The notes beneath the pieces were generated by a model. That model saw only the letters and a list, made by a program, of their open reading frames with translations. It had not been told where the DNA came from and did not search any database. From Bacteroidaceae bacterium (lineage in GTDB: Bacteria; Bacillota; Clostridia; Oscillospirales; Oscillospiraceae): DNA of 45,130 bases. Positions 8,744-19,981 of this stretch are shown here, piece after piece; position 1 is the first letter of the stretch; every line of letters starts with the position of its first letter. The position numbers and the translations under genes are program-made. The DNA is taken from NCBI GenBank assembly GCA_963649625.1, contig CAVJIP010000169.1, positions 1-45,130 of the forward strand, in the 5' to 3' direction.

Positions 8744-10078
8744 CTACTCCGCCAGATAGATGTCCACCCGGTTCTGAATCTTCTCGATGGTGCTGTCCGC
8801 CGATGCGTCCCCGGCGAACAGGGCCTGGGCCTCCTCCAGAACAATGGACTGTATCATCTGGGTAAAATTCGATGCCTGGGAGGCACTGTCAATCAGGGCC
8901 ATGATCTGATCCACCTGGGCCTGGGTGGCCCCGTGATATGCAAAGCCGTCCTGTTCTCCCCGCTGGGTAAACTCCCACTGATTTCCCTCCTCATCGGTAT
9001 CGTACAGGGTGGACATGGACTTTTCCGCCAGAGCCTGTAGTGCGTTTTTATTGCTGGGGAAGGAGGGGAAGGCGGACACCACATATTCGTCAATCTGGTA
9101 TTCCTCCGTAAACAGGAGCCGGATAAAGCGCCAGGCCCCATCCTTGTTTTTGGAATTTGCGTTGATTCCGTACTGGTCGATGATATTGATGAAATAATTT
9201 TTTACCGCCGAGGCACTGGGACAGCCCAAAAACGCTATGGTGTCCCCATAGTATGCCTCGTAATACTGGGTCTCCATAAAGGAGCTGACGGCGCAGTAAT
9301 TTAATATGGCACCGCTTTTGTCCCCATCTGCACCCTGGTCAAACTCTGCGCACAGCTCTAACAGCGCCCGGAAATTGTCATTGTCAAAATCGGCGGTCAT
9401 AGCGCTAAAATCTACAAATTCATCGGAGGCCACCCGCAATACCGTGTCCAGAAAATCCATGGCCGTATAATTCTGTCCAATCAGCCGGGCCACGCCGCCC
9501 CTGTCCTGGGCCAGCTGCAAAAACTCTACAAAGGTGGATGGGCTACAGTCCGCCACCTGGGAGTTGGGGCCGAACATGGTGAAGATACTAAAGGAGGGAA
9601 TCGTCCCATAGAGCTTTCCGTCAATTTCCACAGCATTCAACAAAGATTCCACAAAATCCTCCCGGCTGAGCCCCTCGTCCCCGTCCAGATAGGGCAGCAG
9701 ATCCTCCAGATAGCCCTTCCCCCCATAAATCGCCTGGTTCATGCCCAGCTTCCAGAGGTAGAACATATCCGGCCCCTCTCCGCTGGCCAGCTCTGCGTTA
9801 ATCTGCATCAGGGCATTCTCCTTGGAGATGGTATCGTCCTTGGAATAATCCACAATTTCAATCACATAGTCAGACTGGGAGGCATTAAACTCCTTGACCA
9901 CCGGAATGTTTGTGCCGCCATAGGTGGCCAGGGTCAGCACCACCGGCTCCGAGTGTTCCGCCGTCGTACCCCTGTCTGGGGACTGGCTGTATTCCGATGC
10001 AGTCTCCTTTGACACACCTTCTCCGCAGGCGGTCAGAAAAACGGCCAGTGCCCCCATAAGTGCCAATACTCGCTTCAT
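8744..10078 (-). CDS. ABC-transporter extracellular solute-binding lipoprotein (orphan; no permease or ATPase nearby)
   Basis: 444 aa. Signal peptide plus lipobox MKRVLALMGALAVFLTAC. Its size and composition fit family-1 sugar-type SBPs. Confidence 0.8.
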   Translation of the reverse strand: MKRVLALMGALAVFLTACGEGVSKETASEYSQSPDRGTTAEHSEPVVLTLATYGGTNIPVVKEFNASQSDYVIEIVDYSKDDTISKENALMQINAELASGEGPDMFYLWKLGMNQAIYGGKGYLEDLLPYLDGDEGLSREDFVESLLNAVEIDGKLYGTIPSFSIFTMFGPNSQVADCSPSTFVEFLQLAQDRGGVARLIGQNYTAMDFLDTVLRVASDEFVDFSAMTADFDNDNFRALLELCAEFDQGADGDKSGAILNYCAVSSFMETQYYEAYYGDTIAFLGCPSASAVKNYFINIIDQYGINANSKNKDGAWRFIRLLFTEEYQIDEYVVSAFPSFPSNKNALQALAEKSMSTLYDTDEEGNQWEFTQRGEQDGFAYHGATQAQVDQIMALIDSASQASNFTQMIQSIVLEEAQALFAGDASADSTIEKIQNRVDIYLAE

Positions 10079-10102
10079 GAAAAAGCTCCTTTCTCCCCGG
10101 GC

Positions 10103-12934
10103 TTATCCCCTCTCCAGCATGGGCCGTAAATACCGGCCTGTATAGCTCCTCTCGCAGGCCGCCACCTGCTCCGGTGTCCCGGTGCAAACCAGGCTGCCGC
10201 CGCCGGTGCCCCCCTCGGGGCCCAGGTCGATCAGATAATCCGCCACCTTGATCACGTCCAGATTGTGCTCAATGACCAGCACGGTGTTTCCCTGCTCCAC
10301 CAGAGCCTGGAGCACCTCCACCAGCCGGTGGACATCGGCCACATGGAGGCCCGTAGTGGGCTCGTCCAGAATATAGAAGGTGCTGCCCGTAGACTGGCGG
10401 CTCAGCTCCGTGGCCAGCTTCACCCGCTGGGCCTCGCCTCCGGACAGGGTGGTGGAGGACTGGCCCAGCTTGATATATCCCAGCCCCACCTGGCACAGGG
10501 CCTCCACCTTCCGGCGGATTCGGGGCAGATTCTCAAAGAACTCCAGGGCCTCGTCTGCGGTCATTTCCAGCACATCGGCAATGCTCTTGCCCTTATAGAG
10601 CACATCCAGGGTCTCACGGTTATAGCGTTTTCCCTTGCAGACATCACAGGGCACATAGATGTCCGGCAGAAAGTGCATCTCGATTTTCACCAGTCCGTCA
10701 CCGCAGCAGGCCTCGCACCGGCCCCCCTTTACGTTGAAGGAAAACCGGCCCGGGCCGTAGCCCTTGGCCTTGGCATCGGCGGTGGAGGCGAACAGATCCC
10801 GAATCTCCCCAAAGAGCCCCGTATAGGTGGCCGGGTTAGACCGGGGTGTCCGGCCAATGGGGCTTTGGTCAATGCAGATAACCTTGTCCAAATGCTCAAT
10901 GCCCTCGGCCCGGTCATGCTTTCCCGCCCGCATCCGGGCCCGGTTCAGCTCCGCCGCCAGCTTCTGGTAGATGATTTCATTGACCAAAGAGGATTTGCCG
11001 GAGCCGGACACCCCCGTCACCACCGTCAGGGTTCCCAGAGGAATGGACACGTCAATGTGCTTTAGGTTGTTCTCTGCGCAGCCGTAGAATTTCAGGAACT
11101 CCCCGTTGCCGGGCCGTCTGACCTGGGGCACCGGGATTTTCTTTTTCCCGGACAAATACTGGCCGGTGATGCTTCTGGGCTGGGCGATAATGTCCGCCAG
11201 GGTTCCCTGAGCGACGATCTCTCCTCCGTGAACTCCCGCTCCCGGCCCCACGTCTACAATGTAGTCCGCCGCCCGCATGGTGTCCTCGTCATGCTCCACC
11301 ACAATCAGGGTGTTGCCCAAATTCACCATTTGCCGCAGGGTGTGGAGCAGCTTGTCATTGTCCCGCTGGTGCAGGCCGATAGAGGGCTCATCCAGAATAT
11401 AAAGCACCCCCATCAGGGCGGAGCCAATCTGGGTGGCCAGGCGAATCCGCTGGCTCTCGCCCCCGGACAGGGTGCCTGCGCTCCGGGACAGGGTCAGGTA
11501 TTCCAGTCCCACGCTTTTTAAGAAGCTGAGCCGGGACTTGATCTCCCGGAGAATCTGCTGGGCGATCACCGCCTGAGCCCCGGTCAGCTCCAGCCGGTCA
11601 ACAAATTCCAGAGCCTGGGTCACGGAGAGCTTGCAGAAGTCCATAATATTGATGCCGCCCACCGTTACCGCCAGCACAATGGGAGACAGCCGATCTCCCT
11701 GGCAGTCCGGGCAGGGATGATAGCTCATGCACTCCTCCAGCTCCCGGCGCATAGAGTCCGACTGGGTTTCCCTGTAGCGGCGGCTGAGATTGTTAATGAT
11801 GCCCTCAAAGGCCTGCTCCAGGGTGCCCCGTCCGTTGCCCCGGTCATACTGGAGCTTGAGCTTTTCCCCCTTGGTGCCGTAGAGCAGGGCATCTATGGCC
11901 TGGGGCGTGAGCTTTTCCAGAGGGGTGTCCAGGGAGAAGCCATACTTCCGGCCCAGGGCCTCGTAGTACATCCGACTGATGGTGTCCGTTTTTGCACTGC
12001 CCCAGCCGCTGGCAATGATGCCTCCCTCCAAAATGGACAGGCTGCGGTTTGGCATAATCAGGTCCGGGTCAACCTTTAGCTGATACCCCAGGCCACTGCA
12101 ATGGGGGCAGGCCCCATAGGGGTTGTTAAAGGAGAACATCCGGGGCTCCAGCTCCGGCAGGGAAACGCCGCAGTCCTCGCAGGCGTAGTTCTGGGAAAAG
12201 GACAGCTCCCTGTCCTCCTGAATCAGGTGAACAATCACCAGCCCCCCGGAAAGGCTCAGGGCCGTCTCAATGGAGTCCGTAAGCCGCCGGGCGATGTCCT
12301 CCTTCATCACCAGCCGATCCACTACGATTTCGATATTGTGCTTTTTGTTTTTGCTCAGGGCAATCTCCTCGGTCAGGTCATAAATGCTCCCATCCACCCG
12401 AACCCGGACATAGCCGCTTTTCTTGGCATCCGAAAAGACCTTCAAATGCTCTCCCTTTTTCCCCCGAATCACCGGGGCAAGAATTTGAAACCGGGTTCCC
12501 GGCTCCAGGGTCAATACCTGATCCACAATCTGATCTACGCTCTGCCGGCGAATCTCCTTGCCGCACTTGGGGCAATGGGGCGTGCCCACCCTGGCCCAGA
12601 GAAGCCGGAGATAATCATAGATTTCCGTCACCGTGCCTACGGTGGAGCGGGGATTTCGGGAGGTGGTTTTCTGGTCAATGGAGATGGCCGGGGAAAGGCC
12701 CTCAATGGAGTCCACGTCCGGCTTGTCCATCTGGCCCAGGAACTGCCGGGCATAGGAGGACAGGGACTCCACATACCGCCGCTGGCCCTCGGCATAGATG
12801 GTGTCGAAGGCCAGGGAGCTTTTCCCGGAGCCGGAAAGGCCGGTAAAGACCACCAGCGCATCCCGGGGCAGGCTCAGGCTGACGTTTTTCAGATTGTTTT
12901 CCCGGGCCCCTTGAATGATAATACGATCCTGCAA
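10103..12934 (-). CDS. uvrA: Excinuclease ABC subunit UvrA
   Basis: 943 aa. [54 protein letters not shown], two ABC modules and zinc-finger Cys clusters. Confidence 0.98.
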   Translation of the reverse strand: MQDRIIIQGARENNLKNVSLSLPRDALVVFTGLSGSGKSSLAFDTIYAEGQRRYVESLSSYARQFLGQMDKPDVDSIEGLSPAISIDQKTTSRNPRSTVGTVTEIYDYLRLLWARVGTPHCPKCGKEIRRQSVDQIVDQVLTLEPGTRFQILAPVIRGKKGEHLKVFSDAKKSGYVRVRVDGSIYDLTEEIALSKNKKHNIEIVVDRLVMKEDIARRLTDSIETALSLSGGLVIVHLIQEDRELSFSQNYACEDCGVSLPELEPRMFSFNNPYGACPHCSGLGYQLKVDPDLIMPNRSLSILEGGIIASGWGSAKTDTISRMYYEALGRKYGFSLDTPLEKLTPQAIDALLYGTKGEKLKLQYDRGNGRGTLEQAFEGIINNLSRRYRETQSDSMRRELEECMSYHPCPDCQGDRLSPIVLAVTVGGINIMDFCKLSVTQALEFVDRLELTGAQAVIAQQILREIKSRLSFLKSVGLEYLTLSRSAGTLSGGESQRIRLATQIGSALMGVLYILDEPSIGLHQRDNDKLLHTLRQMVNLGNTLIVVEHDEDTMRAADYIVDVGPGAGVHGGEIVAQGTLADIIAQPRSITGQYLSGKKKIPVPQVRRPGNGEFLKFYGCAENNLKHIDVSIPLGTLTVVTGVSGSGKSSLVNEIIYQKLAAELNRARMRAGKHDRAEGIEHLDKVICIDQSPIGRTPRSNPATYTGLFGEIRDLFASTADAKAKGYGPGRFSFNVKGGRCEACCGDGLVKIEMHFLPDIYVPCDVCKGKRYNRETLDVLYKGKSIADVLEMTADEALEFFENLPRIRRKVEALCQVGLGYIKLGQSSTTLSGGEAQRVKLATELSRQSTGSTFYILDEPTTGLHVADVHRLVEVLQALVEQGNTVLVIEHNLDVIKVADYLIDLGPEGGTGGGSLVCTGTPEQVAACERSYTGRYLRPMLERG

Positions 12935-12977
12935 TGTGATTCAGCTCCTGTTTGTTCTGGTTGTGCAAAAATGCGGA

Positions 12978-14195
12978 TTAGCTTTCCGTGTCGCTCTCCG
13001 GGCGGATTCCTCCGTCCAGCAGATCGCTGAGATAGTAAATTCGATCCAGGGTCTGCTGGGCCCCATCGCCGGCAGAGGGGGTAGGGCAATAGGTATTGGC
13101 CCCGCTCTCCGAGGAGGTAGAGCAGGGAATGATCTCATAGGCGGCGTTCTCCTGGGCTTTGCCCCCGGAGACGGTAAAGGTCTGCCGGAAAATCAGGGTG
13201 TCCGTGGGGGCCTCGCTGTCGCTTAAAAAGCTCCCCAGGCTGTAGGCGATATACTTGCCCTTATAGCATTCAATGCCCTGAAGCCCGCCGGGCTGCACCC
13301 CCACCACCAGGTCGGCCCCGGCAGAGATCAGCCTATGGGCCAGCAAAATCTGGTCGTCTGTGGGAATCTCATCCTGGGACTCCGCCCAGCTTATCATCAC
13401 CACAATGATCTGGGCCCCCTGGCTTTGCAGCTCCGCCACGTTGTCCAGGGCCTGACTGGCATAGTCCTCCTGGGAGTCCTCCCAAACGCCGGAAAGGCCC
13501 ACCCGGATGCCGTTGGTCTCCACCAGGGAGCCCTGGGCCGCAGAATCCGCAGTCTCCCCCGCCGACAGCACCAGCACATTGTCATAGCCGAACCGCCCCA
13601 CCTGGGCGTTGTCCAGGTTTGCCAGGGTGTCCACATAGCCCTCGTCCCCGTAGTCCTGGGTATGGGCATTTGCCACGGAAACTGCGTCAATGCCCCCGGC
13701 TGCCAAAATCTGTCCGTAGGAGGGATCTGCCCGGATGGCCTTGTCCAGCTCCTGCCGGGTGTCCGACAGGGTCAGGGTGCCATTCAGGGTCGCCGCCGTC
13801 AAATCGTCCCCCTCAAAGATCGATTTGACGTTCTGAAAAAAATAGGAGGTTCCGTAATTGTCATAATATTCTGCAAAGGAGCCTGTATCCTCCCCATTCT
13901 CGTCCTGTCCCAGAACGCAGCTTCCCACAAGGCTCAAGGTCACTTGGGTGCCTGTGGGCTGGGCGGAGGCCTCCGGGGAGGGCTCGGCGGACAGCTCCGC
14001 CTGGGCCTCTGCGGCCTTCTTGGCCTGAATTTTCGCAGCCAAATCCTCAATAGCCTTTTTGGCAGCGCAGCTTTGGGCTAAGGAAATGATTGACAGCACA
14101 ATGGCCAGGGCGATGGCTCCCATGCGGATGTACCGCTGAATCCGCAGATATTTCTGCCGTTCTGCCCGGCGCTGCCGGGGCGTTTTGTTGTCCAT
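12978..14195 (-). CDS. CapA-family (PGA_cap metallophosphatase-fold) membrane-anchored protein, apparently with degenerate metal ligands
   Basis: 405 aa. An N-terminal basic segment plus one TM (GAIALAIVLSIISLAQ), an Ala/Glu/Pro linker, then a CapA-like domain (GIDAVSVANAHTQDYG, AHRLISAGADLVVG, YSLGSF). Confidence 0.7.
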   Translation of the reverse strand: MDNKTPRQRRAERQKYLRIQRYIRMGAIALAIVLSIISLAQSCAAKKAIEDLAAKIQAKKAAEAQAELSAEPSPEASAQPTGTQVTLSLVGSCVLGQDENGEDTGSFAEYYDNYGTSYFFQNVKSIFEGDDLTAATLNGTLTLSDTRQELDKAIRADPSYGQILAAGGIDAVSVANAHTQDYGDEGYVDTLANLDNAQVGRFGYDNVLVLSAGETADSAAQGSLVETNGIRVGLSGVWEDSQEDYASQALDNVAELQSQGAQIIVVMISWAESQDEIPTDDQILLAHRLISAGADLVVGVQPGGLQGIECYKGKYIAYSLGSFLSDSEAPTDTLIFRQTFTVSGGKAQENAAYEIIPCSTSSESGANTYCPTPSAGDGAQQTLDRIYYLSDLLDGGIRPESDTES

Positions 14196-14212
14196 AGTAA
14201 AACCCTTCCTTC

Positions 14213-16174
14213 TTACTTTGTCCCACGGAGCTGAATAATCTGATCCCGCAGGATCGCCGCATATTCGTACTCCATCATTTTTGCGGCCTTCTTCATTTCC
14301 TTCTCCAAGCGGGCAATCTCCGCCTCCCGCTCGTTCTTGGTGAGCTTTTTGCCGGCCCGGGCCACATCCACCGTCCGGGAAATCTCAATCAGCTCCCGGA
14401 CGGACTTGATAATGGTCTTGGGCACAATGCCGTGGGCCGCATTATAGGCCTGCTGGAGCTCTCGCCGACGTTTTGTCTCGGTGATGGCGTAGTCCATGGC
14501 CGGGGTGACTCGCTCTGCGTACATAATCACCCGCCCGTCGGCGTTCCGGGCCGCCCGCCCAATGGTCTGAATGAGACTGGTGGGGGAGCGTAAAAAGCCC
14601 TCCTTGTCTGCGTCCAAAATGGCCACCAGGGCCACCTCCGGCAGGTCAAGCCCCTCCCGGAGCAGGTTGATTCCCACCAGCACGTCAAACTTCTGCATTC
14701 TAAGATCCCGGATGATCTCCTGCCGCTCCATGGTGTCCACGTCCGAGTGCATATACCGAACCCGGATGCCAGTCTTGGTCAGGTAATCCGTCAGATCCTC
14801 CGCCATTTTCTTGGTCAGGGTCGTCACCAGGGTTCGGTAGCCCTGGGCTGTGAGGGTGTTGATTTCTCCGATCAAATCGTCGATCTGCCCCTCTACAGGC
14901 CGCACCTCCACCTGGGGATCCAGCAGACCTGTAGGCCGAAGCAGCTGCTGGGCCACCTGTCCGGCCCGGCTGAGCTCATACTCCGCCGGGGTGGCGGAAA
15001 CATAGATCACCTGGTTGATCTTTTTCTGAAACTCCTCAAACTTCAAGGGCCGGTTGTCATAGGCAGAGGGGAGCCGGAAGCCGTAGTCCACCAGAGCCTG
15101 CTTTCTGGCCCGATCTCCGTTGTACATGGCCCGAACCTGGGGGACGGTCACATGGCTCTCGTCAATGAACATGAGAAAGTCCTCCGGGAAATAGTCCATC
15201 AGGGTCATAGGCGCAGAGCCTGGGGGCCGTCCGCTGATGATTCGGGAATAGTTCTCAATGCCGGAGCAGAACCCCAGTTCCTCCATCATTTCAATGTCGT
15301 ACATGGTGCGCTGATGGATTCGCTGGGCCTCCAGAAGCTTGCCGTTGTCCTTGAACCATTGTTCCCGATCCAGCAGCTCACAGGCGATCTCCCGGGTGGC
15401 CCGCTCCATCTTCTCCTTGGTGGTGACATAGTGGCTGGCCGGGTAGATGGCGCAGTGGCTGACCACCCGCTCCGCCGCCCCGGTGACCACGTTAAACTCA
15501 CTGATTCGGTCCACCTCATCCCCGAAAAGCTCAATGCGGATGGCCCGGTTTGTCCACCCCGCCGGGAACACCTCCACCGTGTCCCCCCGTACCCGAAAGG
15601 TGTTGCGGATAAAGTTCAGGTCGTTGCGCTCATAGCGAATGTCGATCAGACTGCGGAGCAGGGCATCCCGCTCCCAGGTCTGGCCCTGCCGGATGGACAC
15701 CACCAGGGACTTGTAGTCCTCCGGATCCCCCAGACCGTAGATACAGCTCACCGAGGACACCACGATCACGTCCCGCCGCTCCAGCAGAGAGGCCGTTGCG
15801 GAGTTCCGCAGCCGGTCAATCTCGTCATTGGTGGCAGAGTCCTTTTCAATATAGGTGTCCGTGTGGGCGATGTAGGCCTCCGGCTGGTAGTAATCGTAGT
15901 AGGACACAAAGTACTCCACCGCATTTTCCGGAAAGAACTCCTTAAATTCCGAGCACAGCTGGGCCGCCAGGGTCTTGTTGTGGGCCAATACCAAGGTGGG
16001 CCGGTTCATCCTGGCGATAATATTGGCCATGGTAAAGGTCTTGCCGGAGCCGGTAACGCCCAGAAGCACCTGCTCGTCAATGCCGTTTTCCAGGCCGGTG
16101 GTCAGGGCCTCAATGGCCTCCGGCTGGTCTCCCGAGGGGGCGAAGGGGGCGTGCAGCTTAAAAATCTGTTCCAT
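14213..16174 (-). CDS. uvrB: Excinuclease ABC subunit UvrB
   Basis: 653 aa. GVTGSGKTF Walker A, helicase motifs, and the C-terminal UVR domain [15 protein letters not shown]. Confidence 0.98.
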   Translation of the reverse strand: MEQIFKLHAPFAPSGDQPEAIEALTTGLENGIDEQVLLGVTGSGKTFTMANIIARMNRPTLVLAHNKTLAAQLCSEFKEFFPENAVEYFVSYYDYYQPEAYIAHTDTYIEKDSATNDEIDRLRNSATASLLERRDVIVVSSVSCIYGLGDPEDYKSLVVSIRQGQTWERDALLRSLIDIRYERNDLNFIRNTFRVRGDTVEVFPAGWTNRAIRIELFGDEVDRISEFNVVTGAAERVVSHCAIYPASHYVTTKEKMERATREIACELLDREQWFKDNGKLLEAQRIHQRTMYDIEMMEELGFCSGIENYSRIISGRPPGSAPMTLMDYFPEDFLMFIDESHVTVPQVRAMYNGDRARKQALVDYGFRLPSAYDNRPLKFEEFQKKINQVIYVSATPAEYELSRAGQVAQQLLRPTGLLDPQVEVRPVEGQIDDLIGEINTLTAQGYRTLVTTLTKKMAEDLTDYLTKTGIRVRYMHSDVDTMERQEIIRDLRMQKFDVLVGINLLREGLDLPEVALVAILDADKEGFLRSPTSLIQTIGRAARNADGRVIMYAERVTPAMDYAITETKRRRELQQAYNAAHGIVPKTIIKSVRELIEISRTVDVARAGKKLTKNEREAEIARLEKEMKKAAKMMEYEYAAILRDQIIQLRGTK

Positions 16175-16322
16175 TGCGCTGATCTCCTTGGAGCTTTTCC
16201 AGGGTACAGAGGCTCTCTCCGTACCAGACTGATATGCTATTATACCACCAAAGCCTCAATTACTCAAGCAGTTCTCACGGTCTGATTCTCAGGCGTTTTG
16301 TCAAAGCCTGTGGAAATACAGG

Positions 16323-16351
16323 AAAACCGCTCCGGGAATTGGAGCGGTTTT
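16323..16351 (-). terminator. Intrinsic terminator after the cupin gene
   Basis: An 11-bp stem AAAACCGCTCC / GGAGCGGTTTT with loop GGGAATT. A T-rich tail follows on the minus strand. Confidence 0.55.
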
Positions 16352-16357
16352 TCTGCC

Positions 16358-16702
16358 TTAGTGCTTTTCCTCCGGGAACACCACCGTCAGCAGCATCTTA
16401 AAGTCCTCCTGGGCGAACACTGCGTGGGGCTTTCCCGCAGGCATCACAATGGCCTCTCCGGCACGGCAGATATGCTCCACCCCCGCTAGGGTAAACTTCC
16501 CCGTGCCCTCCAGCACCATCACCATGGCATCTCCCGGAGAGGAATGGGTGCTCAGCTCCTCCCCCTGGGAGAAGGCAAACAGGGTCACACTGACCCGGGG
16601 ATTTTGGGCCAGGGTCTTGCTGACCACCTGCCCCGGCTGTAGGGATACCTGTCCGGCAAAGTCAAACACGGCTTCGTGGGGTACATTTTTAATAAGCGGC
16701 AT
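16358..16702 (-). CDS. Cupin domain-containing protein
   Basis: 114 aa. Cupin_2 motifs: GEELSTHSSPGDAMVMVLEG and GEAIVMPAGKPHAV. Confidence 0.85.
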   Translation of the reverse strand: MPLIKNVPHEAVFDFAGQVSLQPGQVVSKTLAQNPRVSVTLFAFSQGEELSTHSSPGDAMVMVLEGTGKFTLAGVEHICRAGEAIVMPAGKPHAVFAQEDFKMLLTVVFPEEKH

Positions 16703-16844
16703 AACAGCGCCTCCTAAAAAATCAACTTCAGGGCTTCGGCCCTGCTACGGACATAGTATATCACAAAAATCTCGCCTTGTCCGTTGTGGCGGCAACGTAT
16801 TTTCCTCCCGGGGAGAGATTTCTTGGCTGCGTCTCCTCTGACAG

Positions 16845-16873
16845 TTGCAATTCCGTCCCGGGCCGTTTATAAT
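16845..16873 (+). promoter_or_regulatory. Promoter of the MATE gene (TTGCAA-17-TATAAT)
   Basis: TTGCAA at 16845-16850 and TATAAT at 16868-16873. Confidence 0.45.
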
Positions 16874-16910
16874 AGTATCTGCTAGATCACCTACAAGGAG
16901 GTAGGTTCCT

Positions 16911-18296
16911 GTGTCCAAAGCCCAACAGGCAGTCAATGATTTCTCCGTAGGCAGCGTCCGGGGTACCATTCTGCGAATGGCTGTGCCCATTACCCTGGCC
17001 CAGCTGATCAACATCCTATATAACATTGTAGACCGTATGTACATCGGCCATATGCCGGGAGCCGGGGCCCTGGCCCTGACCGGGCTGGGCCTGAGCCTGC
17101 CGGTGATCTCCGTGGTCATGGCCTTTTCCCGGCTGGCCGGCATGGGCGGTGGGCCTCTATGCTCCATTGAGCGGGGCAAGGGCAACCTGGAGGAGGCCCA
17201 GCGAATCATGGGCAACTCCTTTACCCTGCTGCTGATTTTTGCGGTGGTACTGACCCTGCTGGGAGAGCTTTTCCTTCGGCCCCTGCTCTATGCCTTCGGG
17301 GCCAGCACCGACACCATCGGCTATGCCATGGACTATGCCCGCATCTATCTTGGGGGCAATATCTTTGTGCTGATTTCCCTGGGCATGAACAGCTTTATCA
17401 ATGCCCAGGGCTTCGCCCGCATGGGCATGATCACCACCCTGGTGGGTGCCGTGGCCAATATTCTGCTGGATCCTCTGTTTATTTTTGTGTTTGGCTGGGG
17501 TGTCCGGGGAGCCGCCGCCGCCACGGTGATTTCTCAGGCCCTGTCCGCCCTGTGGGTTCTGCGGTTTCTCACCGGGAAAAAGGCAATTCTCCGGCTGCGG
17601 CTGTCCTGTATGGGCCTGCAATGGGCCAGAGTCCGGCGAATCTTGGGCCTGGGCTTCTCCGGCTTTGTGATGGCACTGACCAATTCTGTGGTACAGGTGG
17701 TGTGTAACTCGGTGCTGTCCGCCTTTGGCGGCGACCTGTATGTGGGGGTCATGACGGTGATCAATTCCATCCGGGAAATCGCCTGTATGCCTGTCCAGGG
17801 CATCTCCAATGCCGCCGAGCCGGTATTGGGCTATAACTATGGGGCAGGAAAGCCCCAGCGGGTTCGCCAGGGCATTGCTTTTATCTGCGTGTGCGCCGTG
17901 GGATACTCCGTCCTGATGTGGCTGCTGATCCGGCTGGCTCCTGGCTGGCTGATTCGTATTTTTAACAGCGACCCCGACCTGATTGCCGCCGGCATTCCGG
18001 CCCTGCACCTGTACTTCGGCGCATTCTTTATGATGGCCCTACAGTTTGCCGGACAAAGCACCTTTGTGGCCCTGGGCAAAAGCAAGCAGGCGATTTTCTT
18101 CTCTATTTTCCGCAAGGTCATTGTGGTAGTGCCCCTGACCCTTTGGCTGCCCCATGTGGCCGGGCTGGGCGCCGATGGTGTGTTTTGGGCCGAGGCCGTT
18201 TCCAACGTGCTGGGCGGGGTGAGCTGCTTTCTCACCATGCTCCTTACGGTCTATCTCCCCTTGGGCCGTCAGGGCCCCGGCGGCTCTGATTCCTAA
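16911..18296 (+). CDS. MATE family efflux transporter
   Basis: 461 aa, about 12 TM. The N-terminus (ILRMAVPITLAQLINILYNIVDRMYIGH) is typical of MatE. GTG start lies 9 nt after AAGGAGG. Confidence 0.9.
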   Translation: MSKAQQAVNDFSVGSVRGTILRMAVPITLAQLINILYNIVDRMYIGHMPGAGALALTGLGLSLPVISVVMAFSRLAGMGGGPLCSIERGKGNLEEAQRIMGNSFTLLLIFAVVLTLLGELFLRPLLYAFGASTDTIGYAMDYARIYLGGNIFVLISLGMNSFINAQGFARMGMITTLVGAVANILLDPLFIFVFGWGVRGAAAATVISQALSALWVLRFLTGKKAILRLRLSCMGLQWARVRRILGLGFSGFVMALTNSVVQVVCNSVLSAFGGDLYVGVMTVINSIREIACMPVQGISNAAEPVLGYNYGAGKPQRVRQGIAFICVCAVGYSVLMWLLIRLAPGWLIRIFNSDPDLIAAGIPALHLYFGAFFMMALQFAGQSTFVALGKSKQAIFFSIFRKVIVVVPLTLWLPHVAGLGADGVFWAEAVSNVLGGVSCFLTMLLTVYLPLGRQGPGGSDS

Positions 18297-18337
18297 CCAT
18301 CCCCATAATCCGGGAACACCCGAAAGGAAGAATTTGT

Positions 18338-19243
18338 ATGGAGCATCTGTTCCTCATCAACCCCCAGGCCGGGAAATACGACCACACCCAGGAGGTGACA
18401 GCCGCCGCCCGCAGGCTCTGTAACGCCCTGGGGGAGCCCTGCCGGATTGAGATTTCCTGTTACAAGGGGCATCTTACCCAGCTGGCCCAAGCCGCCGGGG
18501 AAACCGGCCGGGACATCCGGCTCTACGCCTGCGGAGGAGACGGCACCCTCCACGAGGTGGTGGCCGGGGCCTACGGCTATGACAACCTGTCCGTGACCTG
18601 TGTCCCCTGCGGCTCCGGCAATGACTACATCAAGCAGTTTGCCCATCCTGAGTGCTTCTTCCAGATGGAGCGTTTCCAAAGCATCCAGACCCGGCAGGTG
18701 GATTTGATTGACGCAGACGGAAATCTGGCCATCAACGTCTGCTCCATGGGCTTTGACGCACGCATCGGCACCGCCATTGACGCCTATCGCCGGGTTCCCG
18801 GCCTTTCGGGCCACCGGGCCTACTATGCCAGTGCCCTGGTCAACCTGATAAAGGGGGTTGCCAAGCCCTGCCGGGTGGAGCTGGAGGACGGCACCCGAAT
18901 CGACGGCAGCCAGAGCCTGGTCTGCGTCTGCAACGGCAGCTGGTACGGCGGCTCCTTTCACCCGGTGCCCCAGGCCAGCATATTGGACGGGATTTTGGAC
19001 ATTTTGGTGGTAAAGGCGGTTTCCCGGCTGACCGTGGCCCGGGTCATCGGAGCCTATCAGAAGGGCCTGTACGCAGATTATCCCCAATTTATCTCCCATT
19101 TTCAGGCCAAGTCCCTGCGAATCCTCACCCCCAAGCCGGAGCCGGTCAATCTGGACGGAGAGCTGCTCCACAGCCGGGATCTGCATATTCAGGTGCTTCC
19201 CAAGGCGTTAAGCTTTTTCGCTCCCTCCGGGGCCTGGGGATAA
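18338..19243 (+). CDS. Diacylglycerol kinase-family lipid kinase (YegS/BmrU type)
   Basis: 301 aa. LFLINPQAGK ... ACGGDGTLHEVV is the DAGK catalytic-domain signature. Confidence 0.9.
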   Translation: MEHLFLINPQAGKYDHTQEVTAAARRLCNALGEPCRIEISCYKGHLTQLAQAAGETGRDIRLYACGGDGTLHEVVAGAYGYDNLSVTCVPCGSGNDYIKQFAHPECFFQMERFQSIQTRQVDLIDADGNLAINVCSMGFDARIGTAIDAYRRVPGLSGHRAYYASALVNLIKGVAKPCRVELEDGTRIDGSQSLVCVCNGSWYGGSFHPVPQASILDGILDILVVKAVSRLTVARVIGAYQKGLYADYPQFISHFQAKSLRILTPKPEPVNLDGELLHSRDLHIQVLPKALSFFAPSGAWG

Positions 19244-19254
19244 GAAAGGCAGAT

Positions 19255-19887
19255 ATGGACATTTTTATTCTGATTTTAGAGCTGATCGGCACGGTGGCCT
19301 TCTCGGTTTCGGGGGCCATTACCGCCATGAAAAAGGATATGGACATTTTCGGCGTGCTGATTCTGGGACTGACCACCGCCGTGGGCGGCGGCATCCTCCG
19401 GGATCTGATCCTGGGCTATACGCCGCCTGCCACCTTTCGTGACCCACTATATGCCATCACGGCCCTGATTACAGCGGCCATTGCCTTTCTGCCCATGGTG
19501 CGGCGGCTGTTCCGGCGGCATCGCCGGGCCTATGACCTGGTGATGCTGACCATGGACTCCCTGGGCCTGGGGGTGTTTACCGTCATCGGCGTACAGGCCG
19601 CCTTTGCCCTGTCGGACTCCTTTAATCTGTTTCTCCTCACCTTTGTGGGGGTGATCACCGGCGTAGGCGGCGGTCTGCTCCGGGACATCATGGCCGGAGA
19701 TCCTCCCTATATTTTCGTAAAGCACATTTACGCCAGCGCCTCCATTGCAGGGGCACTGGTGTGTGCGGGGCTGTGGTCTGCACTTCCCCACATCTGGGCC
19801 ATGAACCTGGGGGCCGTGCTGGTGATCCTGATTCGGTTTCTGTCCGCCCATTACCGCTGGAGCCTGCCCCGGGCCAAAATGGAGTGA
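19255..19887 (+). CDS. Trimeric intracellular cation channel (TRIC/UPF0126, YadS-like) family membrane protein
   Basis: 210 aa. It has the internal duplication with two GGG(I/L)LRD(L/I) motifs: AVGGGILRDLILG and GVGGGLLRDIMAG. Confidence 0.85.
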   Translation: MDIFILILELIGTVAFSVSGAITAMKKDMDIFGVLILGLTTAVGGGILRDLILGYTPPATFRDPLYAITALITAAIAFLPMVRRLFRRHRRAYDLVMLTMDSLGLGVFTVIGVQAAFALSDSFNLFLLTFVGVITGVGGGLLRDIMAGDPPYIFVKHIYASASIAGALVCAGLWSALPHIWAMNLGAVLVILIRFLSAHYRWSLPRAKME

Positions 19888-19981
19888 GGGCGGTTCTGCG
19901 GCACTTTCAGCAGGGCCCTAGAACGAGTATTGGCACGCTGAGTTTCTGCCACGATATAAATCGTCATGTTTCCCTCCAATT

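Noticed and set aside
14747-16285. A 512-aa plus-strand ORF opposite uvrB. Similar ORFs lie at 10265-11065 and 12101-13030 opposite uvrA, and at 13335-14081 opposite the CapA-like gene.
   Set aside because: They are antisense to highly conserved repair genes, and their products are low-complexity.
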